Notes: generated by a model not told the origin, from the letters alone. Counted from the stretch's first letter, positions 1-9,068 are shown. The stretch is DNA of 64,000 nt from an uncultured Candidatus Saccharibacteria bacterium (GCA_964650645.1 CAZYUH010000001.1:411032-475031), one strand, 5' to 3'. Translations and numbers: made by a program.

Positions 1-478
1 GATCGAGCGGGCGGCCAGAACGATCAATAAGGCGTTCAAGCGCAAGGGCAGGCTCTATGCCGCGGGCAATGGTGGCAGTGCCGCCGATGCCCAGCACTTT
101 GCCGCAGAATTGGTGGGACGGTACGGCAAGGGCGACCGGTCAAGGCCCGCCATAGCGCTCACCACCGACACGTCGTTCCTGACCGCATGGGGCAACGATG
201 ACACGTTCGATAATGTCTTCGCGCGGCAGATCCAGGCGCATGCGAGGGAGGGGGACGTGTTCCTCGCCATCTCGACGAGCGGCAGCTCGCCCAACATCCT
301 GCGCGGCCTCAAGGCCGCGCGGGAGCGGAAGGTGCGCTGCATCGGGCTGCTGGGCAAGGCGGGCGCCGCGGCCAAGCTCTGCGATACCGTGCTTGCGGCG
401 CCCGCAGAAGGCACTCCGCACGTGCAGGAGCTGCACACCGCGATCATGCACGCCCTGTGCGCGTGCATCGACCGGTGA
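1..478 (+). CDS. gmhA: D-sedoheptulose-7-phosphate isomerase (SIS domain), 5'-truncated by window edge
   Basis: Frame open from nt 2: IERAARTINKAFKRKGRLYAAGNGGSAADAQHFAAEL...ALTTDTS...GND...F.RQ...ISTSGSSPNI...QELH, typical GmhA motifs. Confidence 0.93.
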   Translation, partial: IERAARTINKAFKRKGRLYAAGNGGSAADAQHFAAELVGRYGKGDRSRPAIALTTDTSFLTAWGNDDTFDNVFARQIQAHAREGDVFLAISTSGSSPNILRGLKAARERKVRCIGLLGKAGAAAKLCDTVLAAPAEGTPHVQELHTAIMHALCACIDR

Positions 479-595
479 AAAGCCAAGCCGTCCGCGCCGC
501 TCTGCGGCCCGGGCGGCTTTCTTTTTTTGCTGCCTTATCCGGTCCTGCCTGCCGCGATTGCCGCTTGGGGTATAGTATTGTAGTATCTTTTTCTT

Positions 596-1171
596 ATGAA
601 GAATATCCTTTCAAAGGTGTGGCGCTGGGTCCGCTGGCCGCTCCTCGTCCTCGTCCTGGGCTTCGCCATCCTGGTAGCCTGGCGGCTCAAACTGCTGTAC
701 GAGCTCGACGACACCAATGCGGCGGTCGCGAAAATACACGCCAACCGCCTGACATGGGATGACGTCTTCGGCCCCTTGCCCGTGGAGCCCGACAAGGCGG
801 CGAACGACGCCACTTTGGCCGGCATAGATATAAACGAGAACGGCATCCGCGACGACGTGGAGCGCGCCATCTACTTCAAGTATAAGCACTCGGCCCGCGA
901 GGCCGCTCCCGCGTACCAGTACGCCAAGGCTTTACAAATGGAATTTACTGATGTATACAATTCTGCGACGCTCGTGGCGGTCATACAAGAGGAAAGCAGG
1001 GCTTCAATCTGCATGTTGGATATAAAAAAGGCTGACGAGATAGAGGATCTTGTGGTCAATACCGAGATGCGTAGGCAGGCTCAGGAAGAGTTGTACGAGA
1101 AGTACATGACTACCTATTCTCTTCCTAATCAAGGCGGGTGCGATTTGGATCCGGATTCTTTGCCGAACTAA
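596..1171 (+). CDS. Membrane-anchored hypothetical protein with LAGIDxNxNGIRDDVE (DxNxNG Ca-binding-like) motif; possible partner/immunity protein of the downstream hydrolase
   Basis: N-terminal hydrophobic helix, TLAGIDINENGIRDDVERAI motif, two Cys; stop 5 nt before next ATG. Confidence 0.7.
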   Translation: MKNILSKVWRWVRWPLLVLVLGFAILVAWRLKLLYELDDTNAAVAKIHANRLTWDDVFGPLPVEPDKAANDATLAGIDINENGIRDDVERAIYFKYKHSAREAAPAYQYAKALQMEFTDVYNSATLVAVIQEESRASICMLDIKKADEIEDLVVNTEMRRQAQEELYEKYMTTYSLPNQGGCDLDPDSLPN

Positions 1172-1176
1172 ATAAG

Positions 1177-3147
1177 ATGAAATTTTTGGGAGCCATAGCT
1201 CTGACGGGCGTTTTCCTGTTGCCGAACATTGTTTCGGCTGCTTGCGTTGCTGATGGTGCGACAGTGGCATATATAAATGGCATTTTTACTACTGAAAAAC
1301 AAGCTAAAAGTGATTTAAATAATTTGAAATCTGAATATATACGGATTACAGGTGATCCTAAAATAATTTTCATCAACGCCTACAACCCCTCCCACCTCGC
1401 CGGCGCGGGCGACCTCATGCAGGCCGCGGCCCAGCTGAGGGGGAAGTCCATATCGGGCTTCGACCTCGATACCATGCTCCTGCAGATGCATCCGCAGGTA
1501 ACCACCCGCAAGCTCCTCCTGGTCGGCCACTCGCAGGGCTCGTTCTACGCCAACGACATGTACGACTACCTCCTCTCGAACGGCGAGCCCAAGGCGTCGG
1601 TCGGCGTCTACCAGGTGGGCTCGCCGGCCTCGCATGTGGCGGGCGGCGGCAAATATCTTAATTCCTCCGGCGACGCCATGCTCGGGACCCTGCGCGGCAT
1701 GGGCTTCACCTTCCTTCCCGACAACATCGACCTTGCGTCGTACGGAGACGACGCGCGGAAGGTGTTCTACGGCCACTCCTTCAGCGGCGCCTACCTGGCC
1801 GAAGCCCCCGACCGCGTGGTGGGCGACGTGCAGAAGGCGCTCAAGAATCTCAAGGCCGACTCGGCGAGCCCTGCGGGCGACTGCTTCACCGCGCCTCATG
1901 CGGGCCTGGGCTACGCGGCGGCCAAAGCGGGCTTCGCGGTCGCCGACACGGCCGCGCTCGGCATCAAATCGAGAGCGATCGCGACGGGCAGGGTGGTGGT
2001 GGCGGCGGGCAACGCGCTCGCCGCCGCGGCGCAGGCCGCCTACGGCGCGGCCTCCAAGGTCGCGGCCGACATCGGCGTCACGGTGGGCGGCGTCGTCGGC
2101 CTCTCGCGCGCGGCGGAGCCGGAGAAAACGCAGACCAATTTCGACATATTCTCCCGCCTCTACGGCTCCAGCCTTACCAAGGACGATTACCGCGAGCTCA
2201 TGGGCGGCGCGGTCGCCATGGCGCCGGTGCTCGCGGCCGCTCCCGCTCCGGCCCAATCGCATCAGGGCGCCGCTCCTGTCGCGGCACAGCCCGCTTCTGT
2301 CTCTGTTTACGATACGGACGAGAACGAGGACGGTGCCGCGTTCCTCCTCCCGCTTTTGTCCGGCTCCGGCGGCGCGCGGCATCACCGCGCTTCAAGCGGG
2401 GAGCCTGATGCGCCGCCCGCGGCCGATGCTCCTTCCGTTGAGCCGGCCGCTGATGCTGCGTCGTCCACGCAGGAGGCGATCGTCGCGCCGCCTGCCCAAG
2501 AAGCGACAACGACTCCGCCCGCCGAAACGGCGACTACGACGCCCGAGGCGCCCACGCTTGCGTTCGTGTCCGGAGGCTCTCCCGTTACGGATTCATTTGA
2601 CGGGTATACCGGATCCGGCTGGGAGACATACGGCGGATATCCTCCGTTCGGCTTCAGCCCGGGCGTATTGAAGTACTTTGCGACGACTACCGATTGCTAT
2701 AGCGGAGGCTGCATTTCCGGAAGGTTCGAGTTGGGTAACGGCGGGTACGGCAATCCGATACGCATGTACAAAACGGGCGTCCCGGTCACAGAAGGAAGCG
2801 TTTCTATATGGAGAAAGTACCACAGGGGCTATGCGTACCGCGGCAATATGGGCGTTATGGTCTGCGTCGGCGCGCCTGACCAGGGCAACAAGTGCGATGG
2901 CATAGGGGACATATTCATAGGAGACGCGGAGGATACGTGGAACCGGTACTATTTCGCCTGGCGCAACAACGGCGCGGTCAAGGAATTCTGCACGTCGCGA
3001 TACGAGTTCGATCCTCTGAATTGCACGTGGCGGCCTTCTCCAACCATTGCCGCGGATGACGTGCCTGACACGGTGCTTATTTCCGGAGACGGCGGCCGGC
3101 CCGATCTGGGCGACCGCATCTGGTTTGACGACCTCGGGACGCCGTAG
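1177..3147 (+). CDS. Secreted alpha/beta-hydrolase (lipase-like GHSQG) with Ala-rich segment, Pro/Thr linker and Cys-containing C-terminal domain
   Basis: Start moved to ATG 1177 (MKFLGAIAL...VSA signal peptide); YINGI, LLLVGHSQG nucleophile elbow, GSPA, YGHSF. Confidence 0.75.
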   Translation: MKFLGAIALTGVFLLPNIVSAACVADGATVAYINGIFTTEKQAKSDLNNLKSEYIRITGDPKIIFINAYNPSHLAGAGDLMQAAAQLRGKSISGFDLDTMLLQMHPQVTTRKLLLVGHSQGSFYANDMYDYLLSNGEPKASVGVYQVGSPASHVAGGGKYLNSSGDAMLGTLRGMGFTFLPDNIDLASYGDDARKVFYGHSFSGAYLAEAPDRVVGDVQKALKNLKADSASPAGDCFTAPHAGLGYAAAKAGFAVADTAALGIKSRAIATGRVVVAAGNALAAAAQAAYGAASKVAADIGVTVGGVVGLSRAAEPEKTQTNFDIFSRLYGSSLTKDDYRELMGGAVAMAPVLAAAPAPAQSHQGAAPVAAQPASVSVYDTDENEDGAAFLLPLLSGSGGARHHRASSGEPDAPPAADAPSVEPAADAASSTQEAIVAPPAQEATTTPPAETATTTPEAPTLAFVSGGSPVTDSFDGYTGSGWETYGGYPPFGFSPGVLKYFATTTDCYSGGCISGRFELGNGGYGNPIRMYKTGVPVTEGSVSIWRKYHRGYAYRGNMGVMVCVGAPDQGNKCDGIGDIFIGDAEDTWNRYYFAWRNNGAVKEFCTSRYEFDPLNCTWRPSPTIAADDVPDTVLISGDGGRPDLGDRIWFDDLGTP

Positions 3148-3190
3148 CCGTTTTGCCCGCCGGGCGGGGGTGGGGTAGTATTACCTCATT

Positions 3191-5422
3191 ATGAATTACA
3201 CCACGTACCTGCGCTGGGGCGTCATTAGCGGCCTGTTCGCGACCCTTTTAATACCGTTCGTCGTCGCCGACGGCACGCTCATGTCCAACCTCTTCTTTCC
3301 GTACATAACGGGCAAGAACTTCGCGTTCCGCATCATCATAGAGATAGTTGCCGCGCTCTATATACTGCTCGCGCTGCGCGATCCAAAGTACCGGCCCCGC
3401 GCCAGCTGGGTCATGTGGGCCGCGCTCGGGCTTACCGCGTGGATGGCCGTGGCGACGCTCGCGTCCGTCGACCCCGTAAAGAGCTTCTGGAGCAACTTCG
3501 AGCGCATGGAAGGGTACGTGAGCCTCCTTCACCTGTTCGCGTACTTCGTCATCATGGGCGCGGTGCTGACCGCCGAGAACCTGTGGGAGCGGTTCTTCAA
3601 CACGTCCATAGGGCTCTCCATGGTCATGGGCGTCTACGCGCTCTTCCAGGGCCTCGAGCTCTTCGGCCTGCACCCGTCCTCGCAGTCCGGCGCCCGCGCC
3701 GACACGAGCTTCGGCAACGCGACGTACCTCGCGGTGTACATGCTCTTCAACATATTCCTGACCCTGTTCATGCTGGCGCGCCGCGCAAAGCTGAGCACGA
3801 CCATGCAGACGGTCTACGGGCTGGCGCTCGTGCTCCAGTGCGCCGGCTTGTACCTGACCCAGACCCGCGGCGCGCTCCTGGGCGCTATCGGCGGCCTCGT
3901 CGTCGCGATGATATGGGTTGCCTGGCGCGCCAAAGAGGGCAAGTGGGCGGGCTTGCGCAAGTGGTCCCTGGGAGGACTGGTCGGCGTGATGGTGCTTGCC
4001 GGCGCGTTCTTCGCCTTCCGCGATACGCTCAAGCAGCAGGGCGGCACGCTGGGCCGTCTCGCCTCCATATCGCTCACCGAAAAGACGACCATCTCCCGCC
4101 TCTTCTATATATGGCCTATGGCGGTCTCCGGCGCGGCCGAGCGCCCTCTGGCCGGGTGGGGGCAGGAGAACTTCAGCTACGTGTTCAACGAGCACTACAA
4201 CCCCGGCATGTGGGACCAGGAGCAGTGGTTCGACCGCGCGCACAACCAGTTCCTCGACTGGATGATAGCGGGCGGCTTCCCGGCGTTCATCGCGTACCTC
4301 GCGCTCTTTGTCCTCGCGGCATGGGCCGTCATCCGCTCGCGCGAGCTTAGCGTGCCCCAGCAGGCGGTACTGCTCGGCCTCCTGGCGGGCTACGCGTTCA
4401 ACAACCTCCTGGTGTTCGATAACCTCACGTCGTCGCTCTGCTTCCTGGCCGTCCTGGCTTTCGTGCACGGGCTGAGCTGGCGCGAGCTTCCGGGCCGCTC
4501 GTGGATGACGCGCCCTGCCGGCCACCACGCGGTAGCCATAGCGGCGCCGGCCGTCATTATCGCCGTTGCCGTCGGAGGGTGGGCGCTCAATGCGCCGGGC
4601 ATCGCGCGCGCGAACGCTCTCGTGCATACCATTTCGCAGACATCGGACCCCGCCGCGACGCTTGAGAACTTCAAGGGGGTGCTCGGCGCCGGCGCGTGGC
4701 CGGGAAGCCCGCTTGGCTACCAGGAAAGCGTCGAGCAGCTCGCGAGCTTCGCCGGCAGCTCCATCGCGCCCTCGCAGGCGCCCGCGGCCGTAAAGCAGGA
4801 GTACTTCGAGGAGTCGGTGTCCGCAATGGATACCCTCATGAATCAGCGCAAGGGCGACGCCCGACTCGAGCTCTTCGCGAGCGGGCTGTACGGCCAGTTC
4901 GGACAGCCGCTCAAGGCCATAGAGCACGCGCAGAAGGCGCTCGAGCTCTCGCCGGGCAAGCAGCAGATACTCTTCCAGCTCGGGCTCTCGTACCTGAGCG
5001 GCGGCGATATTCCCAAGGCGCTCGACGCGCTCAAGCAGGCGTACGACGAGGCTCCGGAGAACGACCAGGCGCTCATCTACTACGCGATGGGCCTCTATTA
5101 CGCCAAGGATACCGCCGCGGCTGACGCGCTCATTGCGGAGCGGTTCGGCTCGACTGCCGTCGACAGCGACCAGCTCCTGCAGGTGTACGGCAACCTCAAG
5201 ATGTACGACCGCGTGATAGCGATATGGAAGATGCGCGTCGAGAAGAATCCCAAGGACTTCAACGCGAACCTGAGCCTCGCGAGCGCCTACTACGCCGCAG
5301 GCGACAAGCCCGCCACTATCGCCCAGCTGAAAGCCATGCAGGTGCTCAATCCTGCGGCGGCGGGCCAGCTTGAGAGCCTTATTACGCAGGTGCAGAACGA
5401 CAATATCATCATCAAGCAATAG
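3191..5422 (+). CDS. O-antigen ligase/Wzy_C-like polytopic membrane protein with C-terminal TPR repeats
   Basis: Many TM helices; FGNATYLA, TQTRGALLG, RPLAGWGQENF, DRAHNQFLD motifs; TPR-like A...A.EL.P repeats at the C-terminus. Confidence 0.85.
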   Translation: MNYTTYLRWGVISGLFATLLIPFVVADGTLMSNLFFPYITGKNFAFRIIIEIVAALYILLALRDPKYRPRASWVMWAALGLTAWMAVATLASVDPVKSFWSNFERMEGYVSLLHLFAYFVIMGAVLTAENLWERFFNTSIGLSMVMGVYALFQGLELFGLHPSSQSGARADTSFGNATYLAVYMLFNIFLTLFMLARRAKLSTTMQTVYGLALVLQCAGLYLTQTRGALLGAIGGLVVAMIWVAWRAKEGKWAGLRKWSLGGLVGVMVLAGAFFAFRDTLKQQGGTLGRLASISLTEKTTISRLFYIWPMAVSGAAERPLAGWGQENFSYVFNEHYNPGMWDQEQWFDRAHNQFLDWMIAGGFPAFIAYLALFVLAAWAVIRSRELSVPQQAVLLGLLAGYAFNNLLVFDNLTSSLCFLAVLAFVHGLSWRELPGRSWMTRPAGHHAVAIAAPAVIIAVAVGGWALNAPGIARANALVHTISQTSDPAATLENFKGVLGAGAWPGSPLGYQESVEQLASFAGSSIAPSQAPAAVKQEYFEESVSAMDTLMNQRKGDARLELFASGLYGQFGQPLKAIEHAQKALELSPGKQQILFQLGLSYLSGGDIPKALDALKQAYDEAPENDQALIYYAMGLYYAKDTAAADALIAERFGSTAVDSDQLLQVYGNLKMYDRVIAIWKMRVEKNPKDFNANLSLASAYYAAGDKPATIAQLKAMQVLNPAAAGQLESLITQVQNDNIIIKQ

Positions 5423-5426
5423 GGTG

Positions 5427-5506
5427 TATACTGCGGGAGTGAGTGCGGCTAGGAGAGCTGTACCAAAACACAGTCCACGAAAGCGGCCCTCCTCGGGGGC
5501 CATTTT
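5427..5506 (+). ncRNA. Candidate short sRNA: -10 box, about 45-nt body, intrinsic terminator
   Basis: TATACT 5427-5432; terminator GGCCCTCCTCGGGGGCC-ATTTT at about 5485-5506; no convincing ORF in between. Confidence 0.3.
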
Positions 5507-5513
5507 CGTTTGT

Positions 5514-5637
5514 GCGGAGCGGTTGCGCCGGCGCCTCGCTGTGTTGCCTGCGTTGCGAATCTCCGCGCCCCAGCTCGCTAGGTCTTGGAGATATCGCGCC
5601 TTGGCGCCTCGCGCCGCATCCGGCGCAACCGCTCTGC
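5514..5637. repeat. 124-bp inverted-repeat element (MITE/REPIN-like)
   Basis: GCGGAGCGGTTGCGCCGG 5514-5531 pairs with CCGGCGCAACCGCTCTGC 5620-5637 (17/18). Confidence 0.6.
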
Positions 5638-5684
5638 CGCTTGGAATCCGCGTTTTAATTTTTTAGGGATATACTGGTAATGTG

Positions 5685-5759
5685 CGCTTCGGGTGGGGAG
5701 CGGGGCACTCACATTAGGACAATGTTTTGGAGCTCGCCTTCCGCTTCCCACCGGGGGCG
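5685..5759 (+). ncRNA. Candidate structured RNA hairpin with own -10 box
   Basis: TATACT 5670-5675; GGTGGGGAGCGG (5692-5703) pairs with CCGCTTCCCACC (5741-5752); inner ACATT/AATGT stem. Confidence 0.35.
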
Positions 5760-5950
5760 TAACACAAAAGAATGCAAACTGCTTTGCATTCTTTTGTTGT
5801 TTACGCCGGCCGGAGGCATGTTTTGCTAGCAGGCAAAACGGCCGAGGCGGGCTGAAGCCGAGAGCACGCAGGCTTCAGGGGCGGAGCGCGACGGCGCGAG
5901 CCAGGGTCGTGCGAATTTTTAGCAAAAAATTACGCCTGACCGCGACCCCG
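5756..5950. repeat. Cluster of intergenic palindromes (REP-like element)
   Basis: ACAAAAGAATGCAAA-ctgc-TTTGCATTCTTTTGT; GTTTTGC-tagcag-GCAAAAC; CTGAAGCC...GGCTTCAG; AATTTTT-agc-AAAAAATT inside GGGTCGTG...CGCGACCC. Confidence 0.5.
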
Positions 5951-6141
5951 ATTGCGCGACCGCGCAATCGGGAGTTGTGGGCAAAGCAAAGGAAAAGACG
6001 CAGGACATCCTGCGTCTTTTTTTGTGCGGCGCGTTCGGCGCTTCAAATTATTTTTCTCATCGCTCAACGCGCAGCGCTATCATCTTCGATTTATTTTTTT
6101 AAAAAAATATTTCTTAAGATTGAATATGAATTTTTTCAAAG

Positions 6142-6150
6142 TTATCCACA
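6142..6150 (+). promoter_or_regulatory. Perfect DnaA box in AT-rich tract
   Basis: TTATCCACA at 6142-6150 within the AT-rich 6085-6175 segment. Confidence 0.5.
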
Positions 6151-6168
6151 TTTAAAAAATAATTTTCA

Positions 6169-6197
6169 TTGTATCTGCAGTTCATATGCTCGATACT
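6169..6197 (+). promoter_or_regulatory. Sigma70-type promoter for the Lys-rich peptide transcript
   Basis: TTGTAT 6169-6174, 17-nt spacer, GATACT 6192-6197. Confidence 0.5.
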
Positions 6198-6298
6198 TAT
6201 GTCAGTGCATCGAACAAGCGGTTACTGTCTCTCCTAGGGACTCAGATAAGCGCGGTCGAACGATGCGAAACCAAATTACGGCGAAAGCCGAAACTATC

Positions 6299-6361
6299 AT
6301 GGCAAAAAAGAAAAAGGCCGCAAAGAAGAAGGCCAAGAAGGCCAAGAAGGCTCGCCGCTAA
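6299..6361 (+). CDS. 20-aa Lys/Ala-rich histone-H1-like peptide MAKKKKAAKKKAKKAKKARR
   Basis: ATG 6299, TAA 6359-6361; AAG/GCC codon use like host genes; followed by terminator. Confidence 0.65.
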   Translation: MAKKKKAAKKKAKKAKKARR

Positions 6362-6409
6362 GGCCTGCCACCCGCGCATGTTTTTAGCGCGGGCAATCCT
6401 CTCGAAAGA

Positions 6410-6440
6410 AAAGCCCCGAATCTTAGGATCGGGGTTTTTC
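6410..6440 (+). terminator. Intrinsic terminator
   Basis: AAAGCCCCGA-atcttagga-TCGGGGTTTTT. Confidence 0.65.
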
Positions 6441-6510
6441 TGTGCCTGCGCGAGGCGGGCGGCGGCCCGTTCCGCATGGCTAAAACGCTAAAAAGTGGTA
6501 GTATCATGCC

Positions 6511-9027
6511 ATGATTTCGATCAAAGGGCTGTTCGGTGATCCGGGGCAGAAAATAGTCAAAGGCAGCGCCCAAACGGTCGAGGCTATAAACGCGCTCGAG
6601 CCGCGGTTCCAGGGGCTCTCCGACGAGGAATTGCGCCAGACGACCCATGCGCTGCGCAACCGCATCGCGGGCGGGGATACGCTGGAGAGCCTCCTCCCTG
6701 AGGCGTTCGCGGCGGTGCGCGAGGCGGCGCGAAGGACGCTCGGCCTGCGCCACTTCGATGTCCAGCTCGTGGGCGGCATCGTGCTCAACTCGCGCGGCAT
6801 CGCCGAGATGAAGACCGGCGAAGGCAAGACGCTGGTCGCGACCACCGCCGTGTACCTCAACGCGCTCATGGCGAAGGGGGTGCACGTCGTCACGGTAAAC
6901 GACTACCTGGCGCGACGCGACGCGGTATGGATGGGGCAGATCTACGCGGCGCTCGGCATGTCGCTCGGCGTCATAGCCGGCGACGGCAGCTGGCGCTACG
7001 ACGCGAACCACAAGGAGCTCGACCAGGAGCGCGACGAGACGGGCAGCTTCCATATCGTGCACGAGTTCCTCCGGCCGTGCGTGCGGCGCGAGGCGTACGA
7101 GGCCGACATCACCTACGGCACCAACTCGGAGTTCGGATTCGACTACCTGCGCGACAACATCGCGTACGACCAGAAGGGCCTGCGCCAGCGCGGGCACTAC
7201 TTCGCGGTCGTCGACGAGATAGACTCCATCCTCATTGATGAGGCGCGCACGCCGCTCATCATCTCCGCGCCGGCGCAGGATTCGGAGGATATCTACCGCT
7301 CCATGTCCAAGGTGGCGGCGGCCCTGGAGAAAGAGCGCGACTATACCGTGGACGAGAAGCGCAAGGCGATATCGCTCACCGACGAGGGCATCACCCGCGC
7401 GGAGGGCCTGCTCGGCGTCGAGAACATATACACCGAGGGCGGCATCAAGTACGTCCACCACCTGGAGACCGCGGTGCGCGCCCAGGCGCTCTTCCGCAGG
7501 GACAAGGAATACGTGGTCAAGGACGGCGAGATAATCATCGTCGACGAGTTCACCGGCCGCATGCAGCCGGGCCGCCGCTGGTCGGAAGGCCTGCACCAGG
7601 CGATAGAGGCCAAGGAGGGCGTGGCCGTCCAGCGCGAAAGCCGCACGTACGCCTCCATTACGTACCAGAACTACTTCAGGCTCTACGAGAAGCTCGCGGG
7701 CATGACCGGTACCGCCAAGACCTCCGCCGAGGAGTTCTACACGGTCTACCAGCTCGACGTCGTCGAGATACCGACCAATAAGCCCGTCATCCGAAAGGAC
7801 CAGAACGACCTCATATACCAGACCGAGGCCGGCAAGTTCAAGGCGATAGCGCGCGCGATAAAGGAGGTGCACCAGAAGGGCCAGCCGGTCCTGGTGGGCA
7901 CCGTCTCCATAGAGAAGAACGAGCTTCTCTCCGCGTTCCTGCGCCAGGAGGGCGTGCCGCACGAGATACTCAACGCCAAGAACCACGAGCGCGAGGGCGA
8001 GATAGTCGCCGGCGCGGGGCGCAAGGGCGCGGTCACCATCGCCACCAACATGGCCGGCCGCGGCGTCGACATCAAGCTCGGCGGCGCGACGGCGACGCCC
8101 GAGGAGGCCGACGAGGTGCGCTCGCTCGGGGGCCTGTTCGTCCTGGGCACCGAGCGCCACGAGGCGCGCCGCATCGACAACCAGCTGCGCGGCCGCTCGG
8201 GCCGCCAGGGCGATCCGGGCGAGACCCGCTTCTTCGTGTCGCTCGAGGACACGCTCATGCGCGTGTTCGCTTCCGACACCATAAAGAGCCTCATGGGCCG
8301 CTTCGGCATCCCCGAGGACGAGGCCATAGAGAACAGGATGGTCACGCGCTCGCTTGAGAGCGCCCAGACCAAGATTGAGGGCTTCAACTTCGACGCGCGC
8401 AAGCATGTTTTGGAATATGACAACGTGCTCGACAAGCAGCGCCGCGCCATTTACGAGCGCCGCCGCCGCATACTGTCCGGGCGCGGCGAGGCTATCGCGC
8501 AGGTGCTGACCGAGCTCGCGGGCGGGAGCGAGGAGGCCCGCGCCGTCCTTGAAAGGAAGGAGCAGGAGCTCGGGCTTGATAATTTCCTGTCGGCGGCGCG
8601 CACTATAATGCTCCAGATGCTCGATACGCTCTGGGTCGACCATCTCGAGAGCATGGAGTACCTGCGCGGAAGCGTGAACCTGCGCGCGTACGGCCAGCGC
8701 GACCCGCTGGTCGAGTATCGCAAGGAGGGCACGAACATGTTCAAGTCCATGGAGGACGACTTCAAGGGCCGCGTGTTCGAGACGCTGGAGCGGCTCGAGC
8801 CTCTGCCTGCGGGCGCGCCCACGGGCCTCGCCGCCGAGCCGCCTATAACGCCGGTCATACCGGCATCGGCATCCGCCTCGCCGCAGGGCCAGGCGGCCGC
8901 GACGGATGAATCCGAGATGGGCCGCAACGACAAGGTGACGATAACCAACGGCACGGAAACGCGGGAGATGAAGTATAAGAAAGCCGAGCCGCTTATAAGG
9001 AGCGGGGAGTGGCGACTGGTCAGATAG
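6511..9027 (+). CDS. secA: Preprotein translocase ATPase SecA
   Basis: AEMKTGEGKTL Walker A, VTVNDYLARRD, VDEIDSILIDEARTPLIIS, TNMAGRGVDI, RRIDNQLRGRSGRQGDPG. Confidence 0.98.
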   Translation: MISIKGLFGDPGQKIVKGSAQTVEAINALEPRFQGLSDEELRQTTHALRNRIAGGDTLESLLPEAFAAVREAARRTLGLRHFDVQLVGGIVLNSRGIAEMKTGEGKTLVATTAVYLNALMAKGVHVVTVNDYLARRDAVWMGQIYAALGMSLGVIAGDGSWRYDANHKELDQERDETGSFHIVHEFLRPCVRREAYEADITYGTNSEFGFDYLRDNIAYDQKGLRQRGHYFAVVDEIDSILIDEARTPLIISAPAQDSEDIYRSMSKVAAALEKERDYTVDEKRKAISLTDEGITRAEGLLGVENIYTEGGIKYVHHLETAVRAQALFRRDKEYVVKDGEIIIVDEFTGRMQPGRRWSEGLHQAIEAKEGVAVQRESRTYASITYQNYFRLYEKLAGMTGTAKTSAEEFYTVYQLDVVEIPTNKPVIRKDQNDLIYQTEAGKFKAIARAIKEVHQKGQPVLVGTVSIEKNELLSAFLRQEGVPHEILNAKNHEREGEIVAGAGRKGAVTIATNMAGRGVDIKLGGATATPEEADEVRSLGGLFVLGTERHEARRIDNQLRGRSGRQGDPGETRFFVSLEDTLMRVFASDTIKSLMGRFGIPEDEAIENRMVTRSLESAQTKIEGFNFDARKHVLEYDNVLDKQRRAIYERRRRILSGRGEAIAQVLTELAGGSEEARAVLERKEQELGLDNFLSAARTIMLQMLDTLWVDHLESMEYLRGSVNLRAYGQRDPLVEYRKEGTNMFKSMEDDFKGRVFETLERLEPLPAGAPTGLAAEPPITPVIPASASASPQGQAAATDESEMGRNDKVTITNGTETREMKYKKAEPLIRSGEWRLVR

Positions 9028-9035
9028 CGCATTTC

Positions 9036-9068
9036 AAAATCCCGCGCGGCGCAGCAGCGCGGGATTTT
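9036..9068 (+). terminator. Bidirectional-type terminator hairpin after secA
   Basis: AAAATCCCGCGC...GCGCGGGATTTT. Confidence 0.6.

Noticed and set aside
5685-5759. tRNA or tmRNA fragment
   Set aside because: No T-loop TTCRA, cloverleaf or tag reading frame found
6085-6175. Replication origin
   Set aside because: Only one perfect DnaA box seen and no dnaA/dnaN nearby; insufficient for oriC
5693-6361. 222-aa ORF in the track
   Set aside because: Runs through palindromes and an AT-rich promoter region; only the last 20 codons look like a real gene
3248-8643. Long antisense ORFs (3248-5503, 6358-8643; likewise 29034-31619, 41227-42708, 57242-58903, 60096-61373)
   Set aside because: Shadow frames of high-GC genes that have clear family motifs on the opposite strand
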